Of a DNA stretch of 24,000 bases, positions 15,370-24,000 are shown one piece after another. The notes under the pieces were generated by a model. It saw nothing but the letters and a program-made list of their open reading frames with translations, was not told the DNA's origin and made no database searches. The stretch spans positions 1-24,000 of the forward strand of contig DATAGZ010000010.1 of assembly GCA_036263455.1 (NCBI GenBank). Reading direction: 5' to 3'. A program made the translations under genes and the position numbers. The DNA comes from Dongiaceae bacterium (GTDB taxonomy: Bacteria > Pseudomonadota > Alphaproteobacteria > Dongiales > Dongiaceae). Each line of letters opens with the position of its first letter. The first letter of the stretch is position 1.

Positions 15370-16841
15370 GAAAGACACTCATTGACGCACCCTTCGATCT
15401 AGTTGTCTTCGGGGGGTCGGGCGACCTTGCGATGCGCAAACTCATGCCGGCGCTCTACCACTTGGACGCGGAAGACCGCCTCCCGGACGACGGCCGCATT
15501 CTGGCCCTTGCCCGCAGCGCGATTGGGCGCGACGAGTATCGGCAGCGGATCGAAGAGAGCGTGCGCGCCCACGTGGCGAAAGAGGACTTCGATCCCGGCG
15601 TGTGGCAGCGCTTCAGCGACCGGATCCATTACGCCTCCGTCGATGCCGCCCGGGCAGAGACATATGGTCCAATCGCGGATTTCGCGGCCGGCCGCCAGGA
15701 TGTCGTACGGGTATTTTATCTCGCGACCGCACCCGATTTGTTCGGTCCGATTGCGCGCCACCTTTCCGAGCGGCAATGCCTGTCGCCCTTGACCAGAATC
15801 GTGCTGGAAAAGCCACTCGGCCACGATCTCGCCTCCTCGCAGGAGATCAACCTTGCGCTCGCCCAGGTCGTCAACGAGCGCCAGATTTATCGGATCGATC
15901 ATTATCTCGGCAAGGAGACGGTCCAGAACCTCATGGCGCTCCGCTTCGCCAATTCGCTATTCGAGCCTTTATGGAACCGCACCCATATCGATCACGTGCA
16001 GATCACGGTCGCCGAGACGGTGGGCGTCGGCAGCCGCTGGGGTTATTACGACAAGGCGGGTGCGCTGCGCGACATGGTTCAGAATCATCTGCTCCAGCTC
16101 CTGTGCCTGACCACGATGGAGCCGCCCATCTCGCTCGATGGGGATGATGTCCGCAACGAAAAAGTCAAGGTCTTGAAGAGCTTAACGCCTGTCGCGGGTG
16201 CGGAAATCGGCACTATCGTGCGCGGCCAGTATCGCTCGGGCGCAATCGATGGCGAAAAGGTCCCGGGCTATCTCGAGGAGCAGGGCGCCTCCGCCACGAG
16301 CTCTACCGAGACATTCGTGGCATTGAAATGTTTCATCGATAATTGGCGTTGGGCGGGCGTGCCCTTCTACCTGCGCTCGGGCAAGCGTCTTGCGCAACGG
16401 TCCTCCGACATTGTCGTGCAGTTTCGCTCGCCCCCGCATGTGCTCTATCCGGAAAGCGCGGGCAGGATCGAACCCAATAAGCTGATCATGCGCTTGCAGC
16501 CCAATGAAGGAATCCGGCTCACCATGGTGAACAAGCAGCCTGGGCCAGGCGAGATCCGGCTGTCCTCCGCGCCGCTCAATCTGAGCTTCGCCGAGACATT
16601 CGGAGGGCGTGCCCGCGATGCCTATGAGCGGCTGCTTCTCGATGTTATCCGGGGCCGGCCGACCTTGTTCATGCGCTCGGACGAGCTCGAGGCGGCCTGG
16701 CGGTGGGCCGATCATATCCTCGACGCTTGGAAGGAGTATGACGTGGGCGTGAAGCCTTATGCGGCGGGGAGCTGGGGGCCGAGCGCCGCTATCGCGCTGA
16801 TCGAGCGCGACGGCCGGACCTGGTACGAAGAAGAGGTATAA
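15366..16841 (+). CDS. zwf: Glucose-6-phosphate 1-dehydrogenase
   Basis: N-terminal NADP-binding motif [12 protein letters not shown] and active-site signature [14 protein letters not shown], with WNR...IDHVQIT and VQNHLLQLL. There is an ATGA overlap with the ATPase gene. Confidence 0.95.
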   Translation: MRKTLIDAPFDLVVFGGSGDLAMRKLMPALYHLDAEDRLPDDGRILALARSAIGRDEYRQRIEESVRAHVAKEDFDPGVWQRFSDRIHYASVDAARAETYGPIADFAAGRQDVVRVFYLATAPDLFGPIARHLSERQCLSPLTRIVLEKPLGHDLASSQEINLALAQVVNERQIYRIDHYLGKETVQNLMALRFANSLFEPLWNRTHIDHVQITVAETVGVGSRWGYYDKAGALRDMVQNHLLQLLCLTTMEPPISLDGDDVRNEKVKVLKSLTPVAGAEIGTIVRGQYRSGAIDGEKVPGYLEEQGASATSSTETFVALKCFIDNWRWAGVPFYLRSGKRLAQRSSDIVVQFRSPPHVLYPESAGRIEPNKLIMRLQPNEGIRLTMVNKQPGPGEIRLSSAPLNLSFAETFGGRARDAYERLLLDVIRGRPTLFMRSDELEAAWRWADHILDAWKEYDVGVKPYAAGSWGPSAAIALIERDGRTWYEEEV

Positions 16842-16853
16842 AGAGCAGCCGCG

Positions 16854-17531
16854 ATGCTTTCAGAACGGCGGTACACGACTTTCAACGAACTCACACAGGT
16901 TCTCGGTCGGCTGCTGGCGGAGGAGTTGCGCGCCCAGCTCGCGCGCGGACCCAAAGCTTTGCTGATCGTTCCGGGCGGAACGACCCCGGCGCCGATCTTC
17001 GCGGCGCTCCGGGAAACCTCGCTCCCTTGGGCGCGCACGTTTGTCACGCTGTGCGACGAGCGCTGGATAGCGCCCCCGCACGCGGACAGCAACGAAACGC
17101 TGGTGCGCGAGCATCTGATGCGCGGGCCGGCGCAGGCGGCGGATTTCGTGCCACTATATCGCGGGCAGGCGCAGCCGAGCGCCGCCATCGCGGAGCTTTC
17201 CGCGGCGCTGGCACCTTTGCCGATCGCGCAGGCGAGCGTCCTCCTCGGCATGGGCGAGGACGGGCATTTCGCCTCGCTTTTTCCACACATGGAAAATCTC
17301 GGTGCGGGGCTGGATCCTCGCGGGCAGGCGCCCTGTCTGGCGGTGGATGCGCCGCAAAAGGGATGGCCGCGCATAAGTCTGACGCTTTCCTATCTCTGCC
17401 GCGCGCCGGTCCTGCATCTCGCTTTTCGCGGACAGGCGAAACACGCGCTGCTGGAGCGGGGCGGCGATCTGCCCATCCATGCATTGCTGCGACAGGAAAA
17501 GGCGGATATTGTCGTTCATTGGACGGAATGA
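16854..17531 (+). CDS. pgl: 6-phosphogluconolactonase
   Basis: 225 aa with [15 protein letters not shown] and [13 protein letters not shown], which are typical Pgl/NagB-fold motifs. Confidence 0.9.
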   Translation: MLSERRYTTFNELTQVLGRLLAEELRAQLARGPKALLIVPGGTTPAPIFAALRETSLPWARTFVTLCDERWIAPPHADSNETLVREHLMRGPAQAADFVPLYRGQAQPSAAIAELSAALAPLPIAQASVLLGMGEDGHFASLFPHMENLGAGLDPRGQAPCLAVDAPQKGWPRISLTLSYLCRAPVLHLAFRGQAKHALLERGGDLPIHALLRQEKADIVVHWTE

Positions 17532-19348
17532 TGATCAACGCCACCCTGAGAGATGTGACCGAACGGATTGAGGCGCGTAGCCGGGACAGCCGCAAGGACT
17601 ATTGTGACCGCATGGAAGCCGCCGCGCGCGGCGGGCCGCATCGGCTGACTCTGTCTTGCGGCAACCTCGCCCACGGTTTTGCTGCCTGTCCGGCCCAGGA
17701 AAAACAGGATTTATCCGGCCGGCAGAAACCTAACCTCGCGATCGTATCCTCCTATAACGATATGCTGTCGGCACACCAGCCGTTGGGGGAGTACCCGGCG
17801 CTCCTCAAGGGCGCGGCCTTCGAGGCGGGCGCGGTCGCGCAATTCGCCGGCGGTGTGCCTGCGATGTGCGATGGCGTGACCCAGGGACAGGCGGGAATGG
17901 AACTATCGCTGTTCAGCCGCGATATCATTGCCCAGTCCACTGCGATCGCCTTGTCGCACAACATGTTCGATGGCGCATTGTGTCTGGGCGTGTGCGACAA
18001 GATCGTGCCGGGCCTGCTGATGGGCGCGCTGGCTTTTGGCCACCTTCCCACCCTGTTCGTGCCGGCCGGACCGATGACCAGCGGCCTGCCCAACAGCGAG
18101 AAGGCGCGCATCCGCCAGCTCTATGCCGAGGGAAAGGTGGGCAGGGAGGAATTGCTGCGCGCCGAAGCGGAATCCTATCACGGCCCCGGCACCTGCACCT
18201 TCTATGGTACCGCCAACAGCAACCAGATGCTCATGGAGATCATGGGACTGCACGTGCCAGGCTCCGCCTTCGTCAATCCGGGCACCCCGCTCCGCACCGC
18301 GATCACGCGCGCGGCGGCCCAGCGACTTGCCGAGGTGACGGCGCTCGGCAACGATTACCGTCCGCTCTATCGCCTGGTCAATGCCCGCGCGCTGACGAAT
18401 GCCATCGTCGGCCTCATGGCGACCGGCGGCTCGACCAACCATACTATCCATCTGGTCGCCATCGCGCGTGTGGCCGGCCTCGCCATCGACTGGCAGGATT
18501 TCGCCGATATTTCGCGTGTGACACCGCTGATGGCCCGCATCTATCCCAATGGCAGCGCGGATGTGAACCACTTCCAGGCGGCAGGCGGGCTCGGCTTCGT
18601 GATCCGCGAATTGATCGAAGCGGGGCTCCTCTGGCCCGAGGTCGAAACCATGTTCGGCGACGGGCTGAACAGGTATGCCGGCGAGGCGCGCCTGAACGGC
18701 GATGAGCTCGCCTGGGCGCCCCCGCCCAAGGAATCGCTGGATCGCGATGTGTTGCGCTCGCTCTCCGATCCCTTTTCGCACGAGGGCGGCATCCGCCTGC
18801 TGACCGGCAATCTCGGCCGTGCGGTGATCAAGGTTTCCGCCGTGAAGCCAACCCACCGCACCGTGCGGGCGCCGGCTGCGGTGTTCGCCGACCAGGACGA
18901 TGTCGTGGCGGCCTTCAAGGAAGGGCAACTCGACCGCGACGTGATCGTGGTGGTGCGCCACCAGGGCCCCGCTGCCAACGGCATGCCCGAACTGCACAAA
19001 CTGACACCGGCCCTGAGCGTCCTGCTCGATCGCGGCCATAAGGTGGCTTTGGTCACCGACGGCCGCATGTCTGGTGCCTCCGGCAAGGTCGCCGCCGCGC
19101 TGCATGTCACGCCCGACGCCTTCCATGATGGCGTCCTCGCCAAGGTCCGGGACGGCGATATCATCCATCTCGATGCCGAGAAGGGACTGCTGGAGGTCGA
19201 GCTCGACGACGCGGCCTTGGCGGCGCGACCGTCGGCGCCGTTCGATCTCGGCAGAAACCAATGGGGCATGGGCCGCGAACTCTTCGCAGGGGCACGCCGT
19301 CTGGCAAGTTCCGCCGAGACCGGCGCCATGACAATCTTCGGAGGGTGA
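17528..19348 (+). CDS. edd: Phosphogluconate dehydratase (Entner-Doudoroff dehydratase)
   Basis: The start is taken at [18 protein letters not shown], with an ATGA overlap with pgl. The first 167 codons of the tracked ORF overlap pgl. The product is near-colinear with E. coli Edd as I remember it: [102 protein letters not shown]. Confidence 0.95.
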   Translation: MMINATLRDVTERIEARSRDSRKDYCDRMEAAARGGPHRLTLSCGNLAHGFAACPAQEKQDLSGRQKPNLAIVSSYNDMLSAHQPLGEYPALLKGAAFEAGAVAQFAGGVPAMCDGVTQGQAGMELSLFSRDIIAQSTAIALSHNMFDGALCLGVCDKIVPGLLMGALAFGHLPTLFVPAGPMTSGLPNSEKARIRQLYAEGKVGREELLRAEAESYHGPGTCTFYGTANSNQMLMEIMGLHVPGSAFVNPGTPLRTAITRAAAQRLAEVTALGNDYRPLYRLVNARALTNAIVGLMATGGSTNHTIHLVAIARVAGLAIDWQDFADISRVTPLMARIYPNGSADVNHFQAAGGLGFVIRELIEAGLLWPEVETMFGDGLNRYAGEARLNGDELAWAPPPKESLDRDVLRSLSDPFSHEGGIRLLTGNLGRAVIKVSAVKPTHRTVRAPAAVFADQDDVVAAFKEGQLDRDVIVVVRHQGPAANGMPELHKLTPALSVLLDRGHKVALVTDGRMSGASGKVAAALHVTPDAFHDGVLAKVRDGDIIHLDAEKGLLEVELDDAALAARPSAPFDLGRNQWGMGRELFAGARRLASSAETGAMTIFGG

Positions 19349-19350
19349 CG

Positions 19351-20316
19351 ATGTCGGGCGGGGGAGTGGGGCTGGTCGCCGATATCGGCGGGACCAATGC
19401 GCGCTTCGGCCTTGCCGCGTCGGGCGAGCGTGTCTCTGAGGTCCATATCCTCTCCGCCGCCGATTTCCCGACCATCGAGGAGGCAATCTCCCATTATATG
19501 CAGAAGACCGGCGCGACGCCGGATCGCGCTTGTTTCGCGGTTGCCTGCCCCCCCGACGAGGAAACCATCCAGTTCACCAATTCTCCCTGGCGGTTTCAGC
19601 CGCGGCTGCTTGCATCCCGGTTCGGCTTTACGCCGCTCATCATGGCCAACGATTTCGAAGCACTGGCGCTGGGCGTCGCGCATCTGCCGCCCGAAGGGCT
19701 GGTCGAGCTCAAGCCCGGTCGCGCTGTACAGGATGCCGCGCGCGCTGTGATCGGCCCAGGCACGGGCCTGGGCGTCTCCGGCCTGGTCCGCAGCGATTCC
19801 GGCTGGGCCGTGCTGCAGGGCGAGGGTGGCCATGCCGGCTTCGCTCCGCAAGACGAAACCGAGATCGCATTGCTGCGCTATGCGCAACGCCAGTTCGGGC
19901 GCGTTTCCAACGAACGGATCCTGCAGGGTGCGGGGATTGTCCTGCTCTATCGCTTCTTCTGCGAACAGGCGGGGCGCAGCCCCGCCGAAATGAGCGCGGC
20001 CGATATCGCCCAGAGCGACGACCCCCAGGCGCGCGAGGCCATGCATCGTTTCGTGGCGATCTTGGGGTCGGTTGCGGGCGATCTCGCGCTCACCCTGCGC
20101 TCGCGCGGCGGCGTATTCATTGGCGGCGGAATCGTGCCCAAATCCTTGCCGCTGTTTCGCGATCCTATTTTCGTCAAAAGGTTCTGCGATAAGGGGCGGC
20201 TCGCCCGCATGCTGGTCGATATGCCAATCATGGTCATTCTCGATCATTGTGCCGCTCTCTATGGCGCGGCCCACCTCTTGGAAAGGCGCAAAAATCATGA
20301 CAAATCCGCTGCATGA
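19351..20316 (+). CDS. glk: Glucokinase
   Basis: The start is taken at MSGGGVGLVADIGGTNARFGL, 2 nt after the edd stop. Glk (ROK-unrelated family) blocks: ADIGGTNARF, NDFEALA, IGPGTGLG, EGGHAGFAP, GGVFIGGGI. Confidence 0.9.
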   Translation: MSGGGVGLVADIGGTNARFGLAASGERVSEVHILSAADFPTIEEAISHYMQKTGATPDRACFAVACPPDEETIQFTNSPWRFQPRLLASRFGFTPLIMANDFEALALGVAHLPPEGLVELKPGRAVQDAARAVIGPGTGLGVSGLVRSDSGWAVLQGEGGHAGFAPQDETEIALLRYAQRQFGRVSNERILQGAGIVLLYRFFCEQAGRSPAEMSAADIAQSDDPQAREAMHRFVAILGSVAGDLALTLRSRGGVFIGGGIVPKSLPLFRDPIFVKRFCDKGRLARMLVDMPIMVILDHCAALYGAAHLLERRKNHDKSAA

Positions 20317-20929
20317 ATGGCTCGAGCAGACGCGTATCGTGCCGGTGATCGTCATCGGCGACGTCGCGCATGCCCATCCCATGGCCGAGGCGCTCCAGCG
20401 CGGTGGGGTACGCATGCTGGAAATCACCCTGCGCCGGGCGGCGGGGTGGGGTGCCATCGAAAGCCTGCTCGCGCGGAATCTCGGCGATCTGCGCATCGGC
20501 GCGGGCACCGTGACCAAGAAGGAAGAATTGCTCCGCCTCAAGGATATGGGCGCGCACTTTGCGGTATCGCCCGGCTTTCTGCCCGAGCTCGCTGGCCTTG
20601 CGCGCGAGATTCAACTGCCCTACCTGCCCGGGGTGCAAACCATGTCCGAACTGATGGCGGCGCGGGCGATGGGTTTCACGATCGTCAAGTTTTTCCCCGC
20701 CGAAGCCGCCGGCGGCATCTCCTGGCTAAAGGCCGCCCACGGACCTTTCGGCGACATGCATTTCTGCCCCACGGGTGGCATCACGCTCGATAAGGTGCCG
20801 TCGTACCTCCTGCAGCAGAACGTGCTGGCGGTGGGCGTCACGGCGCTAACGCCGCCCGAGCTCATCGCTACCGGCCAGTGGGAAGAAATCACGACGCGGA
20901 CCAAGAATGCCCTGACCGGGCATCTCTGA
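20297..20929 (+). CDS. eda: 2-dehydro-3-deoxy-phosphogluconate (KDPG) / 4-hydroxy-2-oxoglutarate aldolase
   Basis: The start is taken at MTNPLHEWLEQTRIVPVIVI, giving a 20-nt overlap with the glk 3' end. Eda blocks: VRMLEITLR, IGAGTV, FAVSPG, PGV.T.SE, VKFFPAEA.GG, FCPTGGI. Confidence 0.9.
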   Translation: MTNPLHEWLEQTRIVPVIVIGDVAHAHPMAEALQRGGVRMLEITLRRAAGWGAIESLLARNLGDLRIGAGTVTKKEELLRLKDMGAHFAVSPGFLPELAGLAREIQLPYLPGVQTMSELMAARAMGFTIVKFFPAEAAGGISWLKAAHGPFGDMHFCPTGGITLDKVPSYLLQQNVLAVGVTALTPPELIATGQWEEITTRTKNALTGHL

Positions 20930-22224
20930 TGGAGCTCTGGGCGAGCCACGTCTTCCTCGGCTCACGCTGGGCGCAGGACGCGGTTCTCGCTATCGACCCT
21001 CGGGGGACCATCGCAGCCATCGAAGAAGGCGTCGCCCCGCGTGGCGAGGCCTACCATGCCATGCTGATTCCGGCCATGCCCAACCTCCACTCGCACGCCT
21101 TTCAGCGCGCCTTCGCCGGGCTCGCGGAAAGAGCGCATGGCGAAGACGATTTCTGGTCATGGCGCGAAGCCATGTATCGGCTCGCCGGAGAAATGACGCC
21201 CGAGCGTCTTCACGCTATCGCCCGGCTGGTTTATATCGAGATGCTCCTGTGCGGCTATGGCGCCGTGGCCGAGTTCCATTATGTGCATGGCAATGCGCCC
21301 GTGGCGATGATGGCGGCGCTTCAAGCGGCGGCGGAGGAGGCGGGCATTGGCCTGACCCTTCTGCCGGTATTCTATGCCCATGGCGGGTTCGGTGGCGCAC
21401 CGCCTCAGCCCGCCCAGCGGCGCTTTGTCCTCGCGCTCGACAGCTATGCGCGGCTCTTCCAGGATGTGGCGGGTCCGAAAGGGCTGTGCTTCCATTCGCT
21501 GCGCGCGGTGACACTCGAAGAGATGAGATCGCTCCTTCCCCTGGCGAAGGACATACCGGTTCACCTGCATATCGCCGAGCAGCCGGGCGAAGTCGAGGCC
21601 GTGCGCACAGTAACGGGGGTAGGGCCGATCCGCTATCTCCTGGATCATGTGCCCATCGACGAGCATTGGTGCCTCGTCCATGCGACCCACGCGGAAGAAC
21701 ATGAGATTGCGGCCGTCGCGCGGAGCGGCGCGGTCATCGGCCTGTGCCCGACCACGGAAGCCAATCTCGGGGATGGATTGTTTCCTGCCGAGTCTCTGCT
21801 CGCCCATGGCGGCGCATGGGGCATCGGTTCCGATTCCCATGTCACGCTCGATCCTGCGCAGGAGCTGCGCCTGCTGGAATACGGGCAGCGCCTGGTTCGA
21901 GGTCGCCGCGGCGTGCTGCACGATTCGGAAGGCCGCGTGGCCGATTATCTCTATGGCGCGGCGCTGGCGGGCGGTTCCCAGGCGCTCGGCCGGCCACCTT
22001 CCTCGCTCGCGCCAGGCGCGCCCGCCGACCTGGTGGTACTGGATGAGAACTCCTGGGCGAGGGGGCCGGCGGACCAGCGATTTTCGCAGGCCTTATTCGG
22101 CGCGGCGCGCTGGCCGGTGCGCCATGTCATGATCGGCGGGCGCTGGCGCGTCCGCGACGGACATCATCCCCTTCAGGCGCGCGCGGCGGAATCAGTGCGC
22201 GGCTTGCTGGCGGAACTGGATTAG
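20929..22224 (+). CDS. hutF: Formimidoylglutamate deiminase
   Basis: The start is taken at MELWASHVF. Its ATG shares one base with the eda stop (TGATG at 20927-20931). Blocks match HutF as I recall it from P. aeruginosa: MPNLHSHAFQRAFAGLAE, FWSWREAMYR, YIEML..GY.AVAEFHYVH, GIGLTLLPV.Y.H.GFGG, LCFHSLRAV, PVHLHIAEQ, WCLVHATHA, GLCP.TEANLGDG.FPA, GIGSDSHV. Confidence 0.9.
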   Translation: MELWASHVFLGSRWAQDAVLAIDPRGTIAAIEEGVAPRGEAYHAMLIPAMPNLHSHAFQRAFAGLAERAHGEDDFWSWREAMYRLAGEMTPERLHAIARLVYIEMLLCGYGAVAEFHYVHGNAPVAMMAALQAAAEEAGIGLTLLPVFYAHGGFGGAPPQPAQRRFVLALDSYARLFQDVAGPKGLCFHSLRAVTLEEMRSLLPLAKDIPVHLHIAEQPGEVEAVRTVTGVGPIRYLLDHVPIDEHWCLVHATHAEEHEIAAVARSGAVIGLCPTTEANLGDGLFPAESLLAHGGAWGIGSDSHVTLDPAQELRLLEYGQRLVRGRRGVLHDSEGRVADYLYGAALAGGSQALGRPPSSLAPGAPADLVVLDENSWARGPADQRFSQALFGAARWPVRHVMIGGRWRVRDGHHPLQARAAESVRGLLAELD

Positions 22225-22247
22225 ACGCATCGCAACGGCCCGACAGG

Positions 22248-23036
22248 CTAGGGCGCGAGCAATCGCGCGACTAAGCGATGCAGCAGCGGTCCAAGCACCT
22301 CCGCCCGGCGCGGGTCGAACTTCCCGGGTGTGGCCTCGTCCATATAGGCACGCTGTGCAATTTCGAGCTGAACTGCCTCGATCCCCTCGCTGGGCTGGCC
22401 GTATTGGCGAGTGATGTACCCGCCCTTGAAGCGGGCATCGCGCACGACGCTAAAGGCGCTGGAGAAAAGCAGGCCGGTTATGTCTTCCACCAGGGCGGCA
22501 TTCGCGCTTCGCCCGTCATTGGTTCCGAGATTGAGGTGCGGCAATTCGCCACTGAAAAGCCGGGGGATCACGCTGCGAATGGAATGCGCGTCGAGCAGCC
22601 GCGCGCGACCGAATTCGCTGCGCATCCATTCGAGCTCGCGGCGCAGGCGCGTATGATAGGGCAGCCAGATCTGCTGCATATAGAGCGAACGCCAATCCTC
22701 GGGTACCGGCTGGCGGTAGCATGGGCTCCCGTCGAACAACGTATCTGAGAACAGGCCGGTCATCGGTCCCGCATAGAGGGGAGCGTCATCGGCGCCGCGA
22801 TTGAGGTCGATGACGAGCCGCGCATAGCGGGCGACCAGCAGGCTCGCGCCCATTTCCCGCGCGAAGCCGTAGAGCAGGGGCACATGCCAATCGGTATCCG
22901 GAAGCGCTGCGGCTTCTTCAGTCAGATGCGCGCGGTGTTCCCGCGGGACAAAGGTGCCGGCGTGCGGGATGGAAATCAGCAGCGGCGCCGTTCCCGGAAA
23001 AAAGTCGAAGGCTGGTTCAAGCAAGAGCGGCATCAT
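22248..23036 (-). CDS. hutG: N-formylglutamate amidohydrolase (deformylase)
   Basis: 262 aa with FGase-family features: LLISIPHAGTFVP near the N-terminus, VIDLNRG, LLDAHS, and LNLGTNDG. The start overlaps the hutI 3' end by 20 nt. It is convergent with hutF across a 23-nt gap. Confidence 0.85.
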   Translation of the reverse strand: MMPLLLEPAFDFFPGTAPLLISIPHAGTFVPREHRAHLTEEAAALPDTDWHVPLLYGFAREMGASLLVARYARLVIDLNRGADDAPLYAGPMTGLFSDTLFDGSPCYRQPVPEDWRSLYMQQIWLPYHTRLRRELEWMRSEFGRARLLDAHSIRSVIPRLFSGELPHLNLGTNDGRSANAALVEDITGLLFSSAFSVVRDARFKGGYITRQYGQPSEGIEAVQLEIAQRAYMDEATPGKFDPRRAEVLGPLLHRLVARLLAP

Positions 23037-24000
23037 CGCTTTTTCCCTTTTTTATGCGCAGATGGCAGCGCCCGCCGCCGATCCAGTAGCTGAGTTCGCC
23101 CGGTTCGGCGATGTCCCACACGGCGAGGTCGGCCTGCATGCCTGCACGCAGCGTCCCGATGCGCGCATGCTTGCCGAGCGCGCGTGCGGCGTGGCAGGTA
23201 ACGCCCCGCAGCGCCTCCTCGGGTGTGAGATCGAGGAGGATCACCGCGAGATTGAGCGCGGGCAAGAGAGAGGTGAGCGGCGAGGTGCCGGGATTATGGT
23301 CGCTTCCCACCGCGATCGGCACGCCATGCCGGCGCAGAAGCGCCACAGGCGGCTTTCGCGGCTCGCGCAGAAAATAATACGCCCCGGGGAGCAGCACCGC
23401 CACCGTGCCAGCCTCGGCGAGGGCGACGATATCTTTTTGCCGGGCATATTCCAGATGATCGGCCGAGAGTGCCCGGTGCCGCGCGGCCAACGCACTGGCG
23501 CCCATCCCGGACAATTGGTCGGCATGCAGCTTGACAGGCAGGCCAAGCGCTCGCGCGGCTGCAAACAGCCGGTCGATCTCGGCCGGCGTGAAAGCGATAT
23601 GCTCGCAGAAACCGTCTACCGCATCGATCAGATCCTTTTTGACCAAGGCGGGAAGCCATTCTTCGGCAATCGCCGCGACATAAGAAGTCCGATCCGGAAA
23701 TTCGGGAGGAAAAGCGTGGGCGGCGAGGCAGGTACGCTGTATGTCGAGGCCGGTTTTCTCCCCTAGTAGCGTGGCGACCCGCAGGCATTTCTCCTCGTCG
23801 GCGAGGGTCAGGCCATAGCCTGACTTGATCTCGAGCGTGGTCAGGCCTTCCTCCAGAAAGGGGCGAAGGCGGCGGAGCGCATTTGCCAACAATTCTTCCT
23901 CGCTTGCCGCGCGTGTCGCCCGCATGGTGGAGCGGATGCCGCCGCCTGCTTGGGCGATCTCGGCATAGCTCGCGCCATTCGTCCGGGCCTCGAAATCGCC
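23017..24000 (-). CDS. hutI: Imidazolonepropionase (5' end beyond the window)
   Basis: The frame stays open upstream of the tracked Met (…AGGGIRSTMRATRAAS…) to the window edge. HutI blocks: TLEIKSGYGL, VKLHADQLS, LSADHLEY, LLPGAYYFL, AVGSDHNPGTSP. Confidence 0.9.
   Translation of the reverse strand, partial: GDFEARTNGASYAEIAQAGGGIRSTMRATRAASEEELLANALRRLRPFLEEGLTTLEIKSGYGLTLADEEKCLRVATLLGEKTGLDIQRTCLAAHAFPPEFPDRTSYVAAIAEEWLPALVKKDLIDAVDGFCEHIAFTPAEIDRLFAAARALGLPVKLHADQLSGMGASALAARHRALSADHLEYARQKDIVALAEAGTVAVLLPGAYYFLREPRKPPVALLRRHGVPIAVGSDHNPGTSPLTSLLPALNLAVILLDLTPEEALRGVTCHAARALGKHARIGTLRAGMQADLAVWDIAEPGELSYWIGGGRCHLRIKKGKSDDAALA

Noticed and set aside
17903-20541. Two very long minus-strand ORFs (527 aa and 666 aa) antisense to edd, glk and eda
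   Set aside because: The + strand genes are near-colinear with well-known Edd, Glk and Eda sequences. The antisense ORFs are arginine/proline/glycine-rich with no motifs. They are high-GC artefacts. The same applies to 2509-3318, 3349-4062, 4668-5594, 5679-6602, 13385-14038 and 21157-21921.
1-24000. Search for mobile elements, CRISPR arrays, toxin-antitoxin or defence islands, tRNA or rRNA, and riboswitch-sized leaders
   Set aside because: I saw no transposase, integrase or recombinase motifs, no regularly spaced direct repeats, no terminal inverted repeats and no cloverleaf-like segments. Apart from 7703-7799, the composition is uniform. The intergenic gaps are too short, or are already explained by the promoters and hairpins above.

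Overview
This is a densely coding, high-GC window that looks like core alphaproteobacterial chromosome. The taxonomic guess (possibly Hyphomicrobiales/Rhizobiales) is a low-confidence inference from codon usage, a Cys-less L31 and a DUF1127 gene. I found no tRNA, rRNA, CRISPR, transposase, integrase or recognisable defence genes.

Gene order:
- A 5'-truncated aldehyde dehydrogenase (+).
- A 154-aa very basic orphan protein (-).
- A putative glycerol module (+): a 768-aa fused GlpA-like FAD dehydrogenase / BFD [2Fe-2S] / NOX-like flavoprotein, ATGA-coupled to glycerol kinase and followed by an Fe-type alcohol dehydrogenase.
- A LysR regulator (-), divergent from an untracked 52-aa DUF1127 gene (+) that is followed by two strong hairpins.
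- A MAPEG protein (+) and rpmE (-).
- cyaY (frataxin homologue), ATGA-coupled to an ABCB-type half-transporter (+).
- A roughly 10-kb co-directional run (+): a sugar ABC importer (binding protein, two permeases, ATPase), then zwf-pgl-edd-glk-eda. This covers glucose uptake plus the whole Entner-Doudoroff route.
- hutF (+), joined to eda by a TGATG overlap, then convergent hutG and a partial hutI (-).

Nothing here is a clear-cut new system. The candidates I would look at again, in order:
1. The fused GlpA/BFD/NOX protein coupled to glpK.
2. The LysR-DUF1127 pair with its structured downstream region.
3. The cyaY-ABCB coupling.
4. The basic orphan, whose start codon lies 27 bp from the start of the oxidoreductase gene, which may be leaderless.

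All family calls rest on motif recognition by eye. No searches were run.
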